Positions 33,555-48,530 of a stretch of 64,000 bases of DNA are shown here, one piece after another. The position numbers were made by a program, and so were the translations under genes. The stretch is taken from NCBI RefSeq assembly GCF_009914755.1, contig NC_060932.1. The stretch is one strand, 5' to 3'. Positions within the stretch are counted from its first letter, which is position 1. The number at the start of each line of letters is the position of its first letter. The stretch is from the human T2T-CHM13v2.0 reference genome, Homo sapiens. A model generated the notes under the pieces. The model did no database searches, was not told where the DNA came from, and saw nothing but the letters and a program-made list of their open reading frames with translations.

Positions 33555-36364
33555 CTAACCCAGCTAGCACACCCCAGAGGTATAAGTCTTGTCTGACATC
33601 ACCAATAAATAAGAGGGTTCACTTATGTGATTTGAATTTTTCTTTTGAGTATCGGAACATTTAAAACTAGTCCTGGGCACCCAGCCTTTGAGGAGGAAAA
33701 AGTCAACTTTTAAGGTTCCATTTGTTTGACATCATCCCCTGGTCAACTTCTTGTAAAACTTCTTTGGCCGCTACACTGCAATTCTTGAGATTACAACTTA
33801 TTTCTAAGTAATTTCAGGAACCATCCGACAAGGCTTATCCTTATTGCCCTGGATGGTGCTGCCAGGAAAAGCAATGATAAAAGCTCATCAAAATCATCAC
33901 AGCTATGAAACAGCCACAGACAATTCCGAAAGGCTGGGACTAATCCTTGAGTCCACTCAGTCTCTCTCCTAAAGGCACATCTGTTGACAACTCTTTTCTT
34001 TCTGGCTTTCTAAGATCCCTCAATACCTTCATAGCAGGCAAACAGACAAACCCAAACTAGAGCTAATGTCAGCAAAGTCCACTAGCGAAGCAATCCTTGT
34101 AACGAAGTGCACCTGGAGAGCCCTTTGGAGTGGTAGGGAACTATGCAAGCAGCTTTGTGTGGCTGTCTTTTCAGAGACCACAGATCAGCTGGAGCTTAGA
34201 CCAGGCAGCCGTCTAACAGCATTAGCAGGTAAACTGCAGTCCGACTTGAATGTACATTTTAAAAATTTGAATTACACAGTGTAGTTCCTCTGTAAGAAGA
34301 CTTCAAAGTTTTCGTGCCAGAAAGGTGCAAAGTGACTTCTGCCTTCACATTTGTGAGCTTTTCACCCTCTCAACCAGCTTATGAGTGTCACTTGGGGATT
34401 TGGAGAGAGTCGGAGGGAGGAAGGAAATCTTTTCTCTTTGTGTCTTCAGAGAGACTCAGGAGATTCTGCTTATGTACATAGAGGTTAATAAGTGACTTTA
34501 ATTGAAAAATGGCCATACACTTGAAACAAGATTTTGCTCTGAAAATTCCTTCTATCTGTTTAAGCATGAAAAGAAGAAAACTAAATATTATCATACCTTC
34601 CTCTCCTTTCTCCACGCCATTCCTTGGCATCTGCTACTCCATCCCAGACAGCAGGAAAACAAGAAAGAGTCTTCCATTCCCAAAAGCCCCCAAAGAAGAA
34701 TGAAGGGGGAAAGGGATTGGCAAATATCCCTTTGGTGTCATTGCTTGGGAAAGAGTAGAAATCTGTGACAAGTCAAGCCTACCTTCAGGCTGTCCAGCTG
34801 TTAAAGTCTGCAGCCACTTGGAGGTGCTGGAGGTAAGTGAGCTTTTTCTTAGATGCAATCATTACTGCCAAATGTAGAAGGTGGGCAGTCGGCTTCATAC
34901 CACCCAAGGATAAACAGCCACTGATTACAGTAAACACGCACAGCAAATGCACATCAAACACATCCTGCTTCAAATTACCGTTGTATCATTAGTGTGCAAC
35001 AGTCTCTATACTTTTCTTAACAGCATGCTAGAAAAAAGCCCCCCGCCCCTCAAATTCTCTTCTATTCTGTTCATTGCACTGAAATGAAACTGTGTGAATC
35101 CCACTAACACTTAAATATTCACCTGCTGTGCTGCTTTATTAAACAAGCACTTAGGAGAGTGGTTTGTTGGGAAAGGGGTGGGTATAGCACCCAGCTACAT
35201 GCTGCAGGATGAATGAAAAAGGAACTTGCCATCACATCCCGTCTTCTCTCCAGCTTTCTGTAGCAGCAACCTGGCTCAATTTCCCTTGATTAGCACAAAG
35301 ATTTAGAATCACTTTTCAAAAAGTGCTAATCAGCTTTAGTTTCAATGGATCGAAATACAACATAAAAGTGGTTTTCTAGTTAATACAGGCCTGCTGATTT
35401 TTTCCCGTGAGTGCAGCATTAGAGATGAATCTAAAAACATAGCTACAAATAGGTGTTTATTTTGAAAACATCCAAAACATCCAGCTACCATACACTGTTG
35501 AAGGTGAGAAAATGGTGTCAAGGTACAGCCTACCTATCAATATACTCTTCAAGATAAATAATTACTTATATAATAACTTCCCTCTAATTCATTTCAGGAC
35601 AGAAAGTATTAGGTACTAAAGAATAAAGCAAATAAATCAACACTCATCTTAATGCATTCCTTCCAAGTGCCATGTATACATGTGAAAGTAAATATTTTAA
35701 GTAAATATCAAAAGATGGGAACTTGCCTAGAGATTTACATGTAAATTTAACAGCAAAATCAAATTGTCATATTAAGCCAATGTTTCTTAATATCTAAAGT
35801 CTAAAGTTGTTCTGGCAATATTAACCGTACTGGCAGGGGAGGAGAAGGAAACCCTAAAATAGATTTTTTTTTCCCTGAAAATGGAAAGTAACAGACAAAA
35901 AAAAAAAAAAAAAGAAAGAAAGAAATCTAGAATGTCATCTTTGAGACACAGTGATGAAGACACATGTCAGTGCCTCCTACAGGTACAAAATGGTAACATA
36001 CCATTAGAGGAGGGGAAACTATTTCTTGGCTTAAAATGTGATACTGAAGTTCTTCAAGAGACTCCTACCAACTTGTTCCACCAAGACTTTTCTTCCTGTC
36101 CTGTCTCTGTATTTTTGATAGCCATTCACATATTCTGAGGAAATTTAGAGCTTCTCCCTAGTAGATATCCTATGAAAGAATTCATTAATCTTTTTCCTTC
36201 TCTCATATGTCACTATAATCCACATGTACACCTGGGGGCTTCCCAACTCCATTATCTCTGTAAAAGCCAGCATTTCTGTGGACTGCTCCAGTGGACATTG
36301 GCCCTTTGACCTTTAATCAAGGGCTGGCAGGAGATCCTAGAGTATGGTGGAATGAGCTTAGAAT

Positions 36365-36530
36365 TTTGAGCCTATTGAACCTGGTTTCAAATACCAGTTA
36401 AAAGTTGCATGACTGTGTGCAAGCCAATTGTGTGACCTCTCCCTGAATCTCAGTTTTAAAATGTATACGATGGAACAAATAATAAACACTTCACGAATGA
36501 GATGAATATATTTACTAAATACCTGACATA
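36365..36530 (+). mobile_element. MIR SINE
   Basis: cctggtttcaaat...gacctctccctgaatctcagttttaaaatgtat. Confidence 0.6.
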
Positions 36531-37269
36531 TAAAGATCAAAAAATAGCAAAAAATAGCAAAAATAGCAGTATATATAAAATTGTACCTTGTAAATGAGCT
36601 GGCTTCAGAATAAAGTTTTTGTTTGTTTGTTTTGTTTTTTGGTATTTCAGGAATTAAATCCTCTTTGATGTAGTACAAAATGGAAACCACCTTATACTGC
36701 ACTGAATTCATTCTCATGGTGAATGCTATTCACTAGGGTTCCAGTGTTCTGTTAGTTTCTTTCCATTCCAGTGGGAGCTCTACTAGAAATACTACTACAC
36801 AAGTGGCATGCCAGTCAATTTGATGACACAAATACTTGGTGCTACCTGCTATGTCCCCCAAATATAAATGAGCATGAATACTCCTACTTTCAAAGACAAA
36901 GCAGTTAGGTTGTTGACTTAGTAAATAGCTACTAAAACAAATTGCCACACTACTCAACTTATGTGACGGATGATTCTCCTGCAAGTTGGCTAAGCACCAA
37001 AATGTCAAATTCCAAAGAAAAGCTACACTTTAGAGATAAAAACTAGATATTTACCCAGTCATCAGCCACCACTGGGCAAAATCCTGCAGAAACTCCTAGA
37101 TCTCTGCCATCTGCCTGTTCGTCTCATTCCATGTTCAAGGCAATTATGTCCATTCCCATTTGTCAATTTCAGAAGGGGTGGTTTCTACCTGCTATGAAGT
37201 GGTGCTTAAATGGGCAAAATTATTCAAGGGCTTCAATCTTCCTAGCTGGAAAACCCAAATAATATAGGA

Positions 37270-37440
37270 CAGAGGTTAAAAGCTTAAGATTTAAAAAAAG
37301 AAAAAAAGCTTAGAATCTGAAGTCAGATGGCCAGAGTTTGAATCCCAGTTTTATGAGTTCCCAGCTAGGTGACTTTTGGCAGGATAACTGATCTTTCTGT
37401 ACCTTAATATGCATCTATATAACAGGAATGAAATAAATCA
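37270..37440 (+). mobile_element. MIR SINE
   Basis: tctgaagtcaga...gagtttgaatcccag...agctaggtgactttt. Confidence 0.65.
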
Positions 37441-37654
37441 TAGTAGGCATGCCATTGACGATATAGCCTCTGTTTAACAGTTCAACTAAGAAAGCTTTCT
37501 TGTCATAAAATGGGATCACCTTTGTCTTTTATTTGTAATATATAACAAATATTGTTATGTTTATGTTCTAGACCATACCTTAATTTTCTAAGATATCTAT
37601 TGGCCAATTATTTTTTTAGGTAGGTCTTTCAGAATAGTATTTACGTGACTCTGA

Positions 37655-38050
<396 letters not shown>

Positions 38051-38181
38051 CCCTTTCTTACTCTTTCTATTCATTAGTTTCTCTCTCATTGCTTATCTGA
38101 CCTCTCTTTTTGATCAAATATCCATAATTTAAAGGATTATTATCAAGAAACTGATAAAATACAATAAGACTATTATATTTA

Positions 38182-38655
<474 letters not shown>

Positions 38656-39449
38656 TTATGCTATAATGAACTGTGTCAAGATTATGGTGAAAATAAAAAT
38701 GATAGATGATATAATAAGAGATTAATTAAAACAATTACATTCATATAGATTCATGGTCCTTGTGGATGGAGACAGCATGAGTTTCAGATCTTCAAAATTG
38801 GTTGCTTAACAGCTTGGGAAATCGGCTGAATAAAGTAATATAATAGTTCTCATTCTGCAAAACCCCAAAGGCCATTGCCACATAGAGTCACACCACTATA
38901 TATATATATATCCTAGAAAGGACAACATGGGTTAGTTAAGTGTTCTATAAATGGCCTAGAGAAAGCTGAATGCTTGCTGGACACCCAGGAACCTCACCAT
39001 TTTCTGATCTCAGATTTTAGCTAAATGCCCTTAAAACATGGCATCTAAGGAAGCCAGAAGCTGATGTTTCTCTTTACGGTGGACTCTCTTGGGATTCCCT
39101 ATTTCTCTGCTTATTCAAGATCTGTTCGAGTTCCACCTCCTCCCCATTTGCCTTCCATATCATCTCCAGCCCCTGCTATCATCCTTTGTCTGAATTCTGC
39201 TAATACATGTTGTCATTTAGCACTTACCTTCTGCTCCCTTAACTATTATAGTAAGTAATGCTGCCTATCTTCAAACCTCAGCCTGCCCATGCCTGTGCTC
39301 TTTCTGCTATTAATGTACTCAATCTTTCTCGCTGATGCAAAAACCTAATCTGATGATATTCCTACGGTCAACCAAGCACATTCCAAGCCCTGATGGTGGT
39401 TCACCAGGAGCTCCTGCAACCATGTAAGAGGGTATAGAAAGTGTTATTT

Positions 39450-39720
39450 CCAAGGGAGAGGCCCTTCTCCATTCCTTTGCTATGAGATGGAATGCAGTTG
39501 TGATAGCTGGAGCTGGGGCAGCTATCTTGGACTCCAGCATGTAAGATATGTGTTTAAAATGGTGGAGCAACAAAGCAGAAGGAGCCTGGGTCCCTGATGA
39601 TCACGGAGCTTCGTTACCAGGCCTGAGCTACCTAAATTCAGGTGAGTGAAAAATACACTTCTATTTTGTTTGAGCCACTATCTCCTTGAGTTTTCTGTCA
39701 CTCCTAGCTATTTATCACCC
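39450..39720 (+). mobile_element. LTR33-like ERVL LTR fragment
   Basis: gtgatagctggagctggggcagctatcttg...gaaggagcctgggtccctgatga...tgtttgagccact. Confidence 0.7.
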
Positions 39721-40669
39721 TAATCCACACCGTAACTAATTCGAGTTTTTAAAATATACACCGTGAGTTAAAACACATTCAACAAATTTAGCTCAGGGAC
39801 TCTCTGCTCTATAGCCTGTAACGGTGTTAGCATTTTTTTAATCTATAAGCACTAGACCATATTTTCCTTAAAAAGCTAGAGTTATTTCTCATGTGATTTC
39901 ATATCCTAGGGGACTTGTACAGAGCCTGGATCAGGGGAGCCCAATAAATCTTTGATGACTATAGAAAGATATGTGTTTTACCTCCACAATGATATGCAAG
40001 TACCTAAAGGTCAGCAATTTTAGTCATCAGCATGGCTATACACAGAAAAAGTGCCTCATATACCTGTTTTGATATTGCTGGCAGATTAGATGTGTTCATC
40101 CTCCCTTTCTATCCTCAGAAAACAGTATCCAAAAATTACTTTGCATACAATGGCACTATATTATGGAAGGAAAGCAATGTGCCAAAGTTATAAAATCATC
40201 GTGAGATCTAACTACATAGGAAAATTCGAACAACATCTCCATTATTTCACTTTACAGCATAGAATAACCATGCGATTTAATTACTCTGCCAACTCTGAAA
40301 AACCTATAGCTGGGTTCTGGCACACAATGTACAGTTTTTATATGAAAAAAATGATAATTTCCCTGACAAAACCACTTAGAATAGCTTTCAGAAAACATAT
40401 GATCAAAATGCATGAAAAATTTGTCCCCCCAAATTTACTATAAAATTGGCATTGTATCTTTTACATCAACATGCAATACATACTGTCTATGCTGGACAAC
40501 AGAGTAAGAATAGTAACTTATTTCAGTGGTTTCTGTGCTGACTTACATACAGTAGAGATTCACTAAATATTTTTTAACATATACCAAAAGTTTGTATGAT
40601 TCAAAAGTTATTTGAATAATATCAAAAGTTATTTGCAAGTGATAATATAAAGTTTGGATCAGTCAATAG

Positions 40670-40889
40670 TAGTGGTCCTCAACCAGGAGCAATTTTGCTT
40701 CCCAAGAAACCTTTGGCAACTTCTAGAGATATTTTCAGTTGTCACAACTGGGGAATGGGTGGGTGCTTCTGGTATCTAGTGGGTAGAGGCCAGGGATGCT
40801 GTTTAACATCCTACAATGCGCAGAAGAGCCCCCACAACAAAGAATTTTCTGGCCCAATATGTCAACAATGTCAAGGCTGAGAAACTCTG
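40670..40889 (+). mobile_element. MER20 (hAT-Charlie)
   Basis: agtggtcctcaacc...ttgtcacaactggg...tctagtgggtagaggccagggatgctg...ggctgagaaactctg. Confidence 0.9.
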
Positions 40890-42105
40890 GTCTTACATTG
40901 GCTTGAAGCAATGCATATTAAACTCATAGTAGGCAGGGCAATGTTGACTTTCCAAATGACATAGCAACTTGAGAGTTCAATAAAGATGAAGAGAGTCTAT
41001 AGTTGTTGACAATGACAGTATTCTTAGCTTCTTAGCATAGGGAAGCAAAGAATAAACTGGGTATTCCCAGGTTCGGGTCTCTTGATCATTCCATTAATAA
41101 CAATAGTCCTTCATTTCCACCAGTGAAGGTGAAGGTGTGAGCAAGTTCAAGGTAGCAGGTCCTCCAAGATCTCATCCCATCTTGTAAGATCTAAAGATTC
41201 TATAAAAGCACTCAACTTTTCTTTTTAGAGATGTTTTTCGTTTCAGTGCAGCCGCTACTACAATAACTATCACCGTTAGCTTGAAAGAGAACCAGACATA
41301 ATGGAGGGCAATTATTTTCTCCTCTTTTACCCACAGCTCTCCTTCCTCCTTCCTCCAAACTACTCCCAGTGCCATGCTATACACCCCCATCCTGTGACCA
41401 GGCCTGCAGGCCCTTCTGTTCCCACAGACTCTACCAAGTTTCTCAGGGGATTTATGGTGACTTATTTAAATGCAACTGATTTGCCCACAAGGGCCAACTC
41501 AAGGAAAATAATTTCCATCAGCCCCATCTTTCCTGAGCTTTGTACACAAGAACACCAAAAGGCCTTTCTTTCTTTGGAAAATAAGTTCCTTTTCCTAATT
41601 GGAGTCAGTTTTACTAATCAAGATTACAATGAGGCTTTACAAGCAACGTTGAAGAAGGGAGCATTTATGCAGGTCAGTAGGGGTTTTCCTAAACATTTTG
41701 ATTACAACTTTAACTGCTCTAAAACACATGTAAAACTCCTATCATTAAATTTAAACAGCCTGATGATATGCCAAACAAGACTATGAGAATGGCAAATAAA
41801 TTGCTGTAATCTGCCATACTGTCACTTACCCTGCTCTTGAGCAGCTGTAATTGACTAATAGGATAATAAGGTGGCAGTTTACAAATCTGAAAGCTATACT
41901 CCTTTGTTGAGAATGCCCTTGAGTGAAAAAAAATGCTCTAAGTCAGGAAGACAGAGTGGGTGTGATCAAAATCATGGCCCTGGATTCAATATATGTAAAT
42001 ATGCTTTTCCTATGAACTCAAAAGAAGTCACTGAACACAGGTGTATGCAGGGGCAGCACCACTTGTCATTGCGTTTATTGAACCTTTTTATCCCTCCTCA
42101 CATAA

Positions 42106-42500
<395 letters not shown>

Positions 42501-42785
42501 CAAGAAAGGTTTTCTTAGCACCAGTCCACTGATGGTAGAGGTTGGCTCCATCCTTCTTCTGACAGTGGTTTCTGTTTCCAGTTTACCTCCTGAGCATTGA
42601 ACATGCAGAGAAAGATTCCAAACACCCCAGAACTACACAGGCCACTGCTAAGTGATGCTTAAGGACTTGTCAGCAAAGGCTCCAATGCATTCACCTAGGA
42701 CAATGCCCAAAGTCAATGATCTCACAAGGATACATATGACATGAGGATTCTTGCCAGCAAAAGCCAGCTTGAATCTGGTAAGAAA

Positions 42786-42837
42786 ACTGCTGCTACTACT
42801 TCTACTTCTACTATTGCTGCTGCTGCTGCTGCTGCTG
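42786..42837. repeat. Degenerate (CTG/CTA/CTT)n triplet repeat
   Basis: about 7 pure GCT units at the 3' end. Confidence 0.85.
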
Positions 42838-42889
42838 TTTGGAGAATACTTGTCAACTGGGAGACTGCTGAGGAAGAAGAGGGTTGGGA

Positions 42890-43380
42890 GGTCGCATCAA
42901 ACTACAGAACCCTGTATGTCACAGTGAGGAATATGGACATTACTGTGAGTGAGATGGAAAGCCACAGAGGATTTTGAGCAGAGGAGAGATATGAGCTGAC
43001 TTATCCTTTAAAAGGATTCCCCTGGTGGCTGCTGTGTGGAGAAGAGTTTGTAGTTGGGCCAAGGTGGGAAATGGAAGCAGGGAAGAAGAGAGAGGCTATT
43101 GCCATGGTCCGGTGAGAGGTAACTGTGGCTTGCACCATAGAAGCAGCAGTGGAGGTGGTAAGAACTGGTTGAATGCTGGATATATCTTAGAGCTACAATG
43201 AACAGGATGTGCAGATGAGTTGGCTGTATATGAGAGAAAGAAAAGAGTCAAGGACAACGGCAAGGTTTTGGCCTGAGGAACTCAGAGAAAAGGCTCGCTT
43301 TTTACTAAGGGGGAAAACTGCAGAAGCAACATATTGGGGAGGGTGAAGAGACAGAAATCAAGAACTTGGTTTTGAATGTT
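42890..43380 (-). mobile_element. L2 internal fragment
   Basis: ggattttgagcagaggagagatatgagctgactt...gaggctattgc...gagtcaaggacaacggcaaggttttggcctgag. Confidence 0.85.
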
Positions 43381-44144
43381 ATTCCAAAATATCAGCATGA
43401 TCTTCTACATTTAAAATTGTGTTTACTGTTTCATTTCTAAACATTCCTGAGAGAGTAGCTGAAACATTACAGTACACATTATATATGAATGTATAGGTAT
43501 ATGTGCGTGTGCACAGAAGGCAAGAATGGATTGATGGATGAATAATCTTCCATTCATACTCTTCTTTTTCTTTCCTTGAACTTATTTCTTTCAGAACAGA
43601 AATATCCACGATATGCCATCATCTTCCTTTTCCAAGTGAACTCTCTGCTAAATAAATAACGAAAATATTCTAAGTACAATCAAGTAAAAGAAAAACATGA
43701 GCATTTTCCAATCTATCAACAGATGAGGCACAGAAAAGCCATTTGGACAGAAGCAAAGGTCTCCAAGAACAACAAAAGCCACACTGTTAATACCGCAGGG
43801 TTGGATAAACCTGTTCCATGCCAAGGCCATATGGAAAGCTTACAGGGAGAATGGCACGAAGAAACAAAAGGCCTTTGGAAACCTCTGAGGATTGCTGGGT
43901 GAAAATGGAATTTGGGCAGTGAGGCAAGAAGGATCCAGGCTGACCTCCATAGGGCACAGTAACATCAATTCAAGATATTTGCACTCAAGCAGGCTGCTAA
44001 ACCCCCGTGATGCTGAACACTTGAGCTTGTCCCAATCCCTGGTGCCTTCCGCCTTTCGCTGCAGCCTGGACTAACCACGCTTTGAGCAAGTGAAACGCTT
44101 GCCACTGTTGCTGTACTTCTGAGTCACTGAGATGAGACAGTGAC

Positions 44145-44731
44145 CAGTAACAAGACTCCCTCCTTGATTAAATGAAATCAGGTTCCTCTAAGTCCTCAAG
44201 GTCTCGATCTTACAAGTCCATCCTTGCCAGACCCGTTATCACCTAGTTTTAGCAAAAATCTTGTTACATCACTTGAGAAAGAATCCCCACGCTGGTTATC
44301 TCACCAAATTCATCATCTCTCACCATTCCCCAGGTGAGATCTGATCACCCTGGCCTGCCTTCAGCACGACTCCTGTTAGGTCTGTTTAGCAAGAATCTTC
44401 CTTACTTCTGATGCTCCCTTTTAGGGGCTATCTACCCACTGACCCCTAACCCTGCCTTTTGGCTACATATCCCCACTTGTTCAAGTATGTTCAGAATTGG
44501 GCCCCTACTGCAATAGTTCCTGACTAAAATCTGTTTTTACTACTCTAATCACTCTCTGGTTTTGGTTTTTCTTTCTTTTCTTTTCTTTTCTCTTTTCTTT
44601 TACTTTTTTTGTTGTTGTTGAGATGAGGTCTCGCTATATTGTCCAGGCTGGTCTTGAACAACTGAGTTCAAGCAATCCTTCTGCCGCAGCCTCCTGAGTG
44701 GCTGAGATTACAGGTGTGTTTTTCTTTGACA
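44145..44731 (+). mobile_element. MER31-like ERV1 LTR with a free Alu monomer near its end
   Basis: gactccctccttga...caggttcctct; tctgatcaccctggcctgccttcagca...tcctgttagg; ends in tttgaca. Confidence 0.7.
44566..44718 (-). mobile_element. Free Alu monomer (FLAM/FAM-like)
   Basis: gagatgaggtctcgctatattgtccaggctggtcttgaac...gattacaggtgtg; TSD gtttttcttt. Confidence 0.85.
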
Positions 44732-45289
44732 CCAGCAGAGTAAATACCCCTTGGAATATTTCCCTCCATGCTGGTCCTGTTGGTGTTGTGTATGAGGCTG
44801 GTGTTTGGGCAGCAAGGGAGTTGATTACAGCAGAAGGTTCCTAATCCCACCTCTACTTCACAACGCTGTTATAATGAACAGAATCAGTCCAAAGAGAAAA
44901 CAATGAAAACGACAGTCTTACTTGTACCTATATTCCTAGTATCACTTGATCCCCCAACACCACCCCCATCAGCTCCCTGCCTTTAATTCCTCTTTAAGTA
45001 ACCCGGGAGAGATACGTCCCTTTGGGGACTGAATTTAAAGTGACTATGAATTAGTTATGCCACATCCTTCCAACCACAACCAGGCCCTGTTTAAAAGCAG
45101 AGAATGGACAGTGTAAGTGCCTCTTCCCAAGACAGCCACCTCTGCCACTTGTAGTTAGAGAGGCTGCGACTGATCTGGACTGCGGCAAATTAAATGTGTT
45201 ATAGGCAACACACTCTAAATAAGGCCGCCTCCCTTCTCGCAATGTCCAGTTTAGTCCTGGCACCTCATTTGAGGAGGTGAGGGACAGCA

Positions 45290-45330
45290 AGAGGAAATGA
45301 CAGGAAGTGATAAAGGAGCTAAAAATAGAT
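45290..45330. promoter_or_regulatory. Candidate enhancer core (ETS, ETS, GATA, MEF2)
   Basis: GAGGAAAT, CAGGAAGTG, TGATAA and CTAAAAATAG within 40 bp of non-repeat sequence. Confidence 0.45.
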
Positions 45331-47873
45331 GTGGAAATGTGTAGATATGAGAGTTTCACTGAATATAAATAGGCTGATTAGATTAAGCATCAACTGGCAA
45401 ATACAATGTCTATAAGCTTCTGGGTTTGCTGTATCAAATTGTCACAACCTCTGATGGGTGAACTAATAATCCACTGTCAATTCGATCATGATGTCATCTT
45501 AGATGACATGATCAAAATGGTCGTGAACCAGGGAAGGCTGTGAAGTTACAGTGAGTGATTTGATAACATCTGGCTTGCTTGGGCTCGGCTCTAATAGGGT
45601 CTCTGTGGGGTTTACCTCTGATTTGGTAAAAGCATTCTACAATCCAAAAATATCAAGCGTTGTCTACGGACATAAACCAGTCATGACCATAGGAGTTATA
45701 AACGGGTTTCAATGTTTTAGTTGACAAATGCTGCAATAACTGCTACACTTTATTGGGCACCTGTTCTGGCCAGGCATTAGGCTAGGACAGAAAGAATGAA
45801 GACAATTTGACAGGCATGGTCAATGCAATTATATTATAAAACATAGCAGGGCCAGCAGAGTCCACTCACAGCCAGAACCCTAAGTAGTTTCAAGCACTCA
45901 AAAATCAAACAGAAAACAACTTCACGCAAGACTGAAGGGAAGTCATTAAGACCCATCCAGGTCTGAGTGTTATACGAAAATGTTACTGTCGTTAATTACC
46001 TTCCAATAATAATGCCAATTACAGAAAATAATGAGAATGTTTACCCACCAAACTAATAGGGACTGGCATTTCAAAGTCTACCAGAATAACCTAGGCAACA
46101 AGAAATGTTCTGATTCTCCCATGTCTGGCTGCTTTTGCTTTTTCTTCCTTTCCTGCTGACCCACTTCAAAGGTTTCATGCTGGAAACACTAATCATGTCC
46201 TCCTTTGCTGGAGTAAGTTACCCTCCTTTTTGCTCCCTGCCTAGTGCCTCCGTTCGCATCCAAAGTAACGCTCATTACCTGCAAACTCAAACTTCCAGCA
46301 GCCCACATGCAGATCCCAGCACACAGATATATCATTCCACATTGGCCTACCTGATTTACAGATCACATGGGTTTCTGAAATACAGATAAACGGGCACTTG
46401 GGGAAAGCAGTAATGTTGTAAAACGTAGAGAAGGTCATGCATGTATATTTTACCTGGAACCTCACAAGAATTGATAACATTTGTGGGATTTCATTTCTAC
46501 CTACACAGAAAACACATATTCTAAGGGTTTAAACTTGAAAACTCACATTCAGGCACACATGCTTATGCCTGTCTATGGATGTGTGTGCATGTGTGCACAT
46601 GCATGCACAAATCAAGAAGAGTTTCTATTTAAAGACAACTTGCACCAAAAAAATCCAGATTACTTTACAATGCAAATCATCATCTTTTGTATTTTATTAC
46701 GAGCTTCCTTTAGTATATTAATTTCTAAGCATCTTTAACACAAATCATCATATACATACAACTCTCTCTTTCAGATTCAGAGAAGGAGTTAAAAATCAGC
46801 CAAAAAAGAAAGCAAAAAACAATGAAGATAAGGGAGGAGGGAGTGTATATGGAGCAAAAGGAGGAAGCCAGCTGGTTAGCTGGCCTTTTAAAAGGTATCA
46901 GGGAATTAGGCCCAAGGCCATTAATCCTACAGTTTTCACTCCTCTGCCAACTCTCACGGCTTACATTACCGAGCCATCATCCAGATTAAAAATGGGTTTC
47001 CATAAGGGTTTCTGCTTCCCCAGGAACCCTCCTCTCTACCCTCCCCACCTGCTGCCCCTTCACACAGCAGCAAAGTGAAATCCAAAAGAAAAATATTAAA
47101 ATCAAACAAGGCTTTAGGGATTTGGGGAGGTGGATGGAGAACAGGTTCTTATCTAGGCTTTAGCACAATATTCCTTCTTCAAAGTCTTCTTAATTACATT
47201 GAGAGAAAGAACAAGCGACAAACAGAAGAGCTGCCTTCTAAATTCAGTGCCCCTCAATGAAGGGTTCAGGTTCACAGGTTCTAGCCCTAAGGGAGAATGA
47301 TGATCTGTGCTCAGCTTCTTGCCACCCAGGGTCCCAGCCCCCCAGCCTCTGCCTCCATGTTTCCCTTCACCCCCACTTGCTCAGCATCCTCCCTGCTCTA
47401 AGAAGTGCCCCTACTTGCCAGCTATTCTGTCCATGGAATTTCCCTGCTGGGCACCTACATTTTATTTTTCAAGTGGAAAGAATGCAAGGTTAAGGACTGT
47501 GTTTCTAAGATCCCAAAGCTGCAGACAGTTAAGAACTGAATAATTCAACCACAACTAGTTGTTCTGTCCATACTAGCTGCATGTGGCTTTATCCCCTGTA
47601 ACCTAGAGCTTGTAGAAATGAGAAAATTAAACCATATCCAGCAGGGCACAGAGCGTGCACATTGTCCTTCCGAGTAGATTCAAAAGGAGCTGGTAGTCAT
47701 GCATCAGATGGTGTGGCAGTCTTACTGTTAAGGGACAAGCTAAGGGCTGACTGCTCTCCCCCACGAGTGGAAGTGCCAAAGTGGGTTTATCTTTACTGCA
47801 GGTCTCCTGTGTGCTGGAATCTGTGCTAGGCACTGTTCCTGCGTTATTTCAATGAACACTTGTAGCAATCTGA

Positions 47874-48530
<657 letters not shown>

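Noticed and set aside
40601-40635. 14-bp direct repeat tcaaaagttatttg x2 (also aaaaatagc x3 near 36541)
   Set aside because: Ordinary slippage duplications; no spacer array, not CRISPR-like.
41301-41786. 161-aa plus-strand ORF in unique sequence
   Set aside because: No recognisable domain or exon signals; length is compatible with chance in 64 kb.
42741-42977. Poly-alanine ORF from the GCT repeat
   Set aside because: Short triplet run leading into an L2 fragment; no exon evidence.
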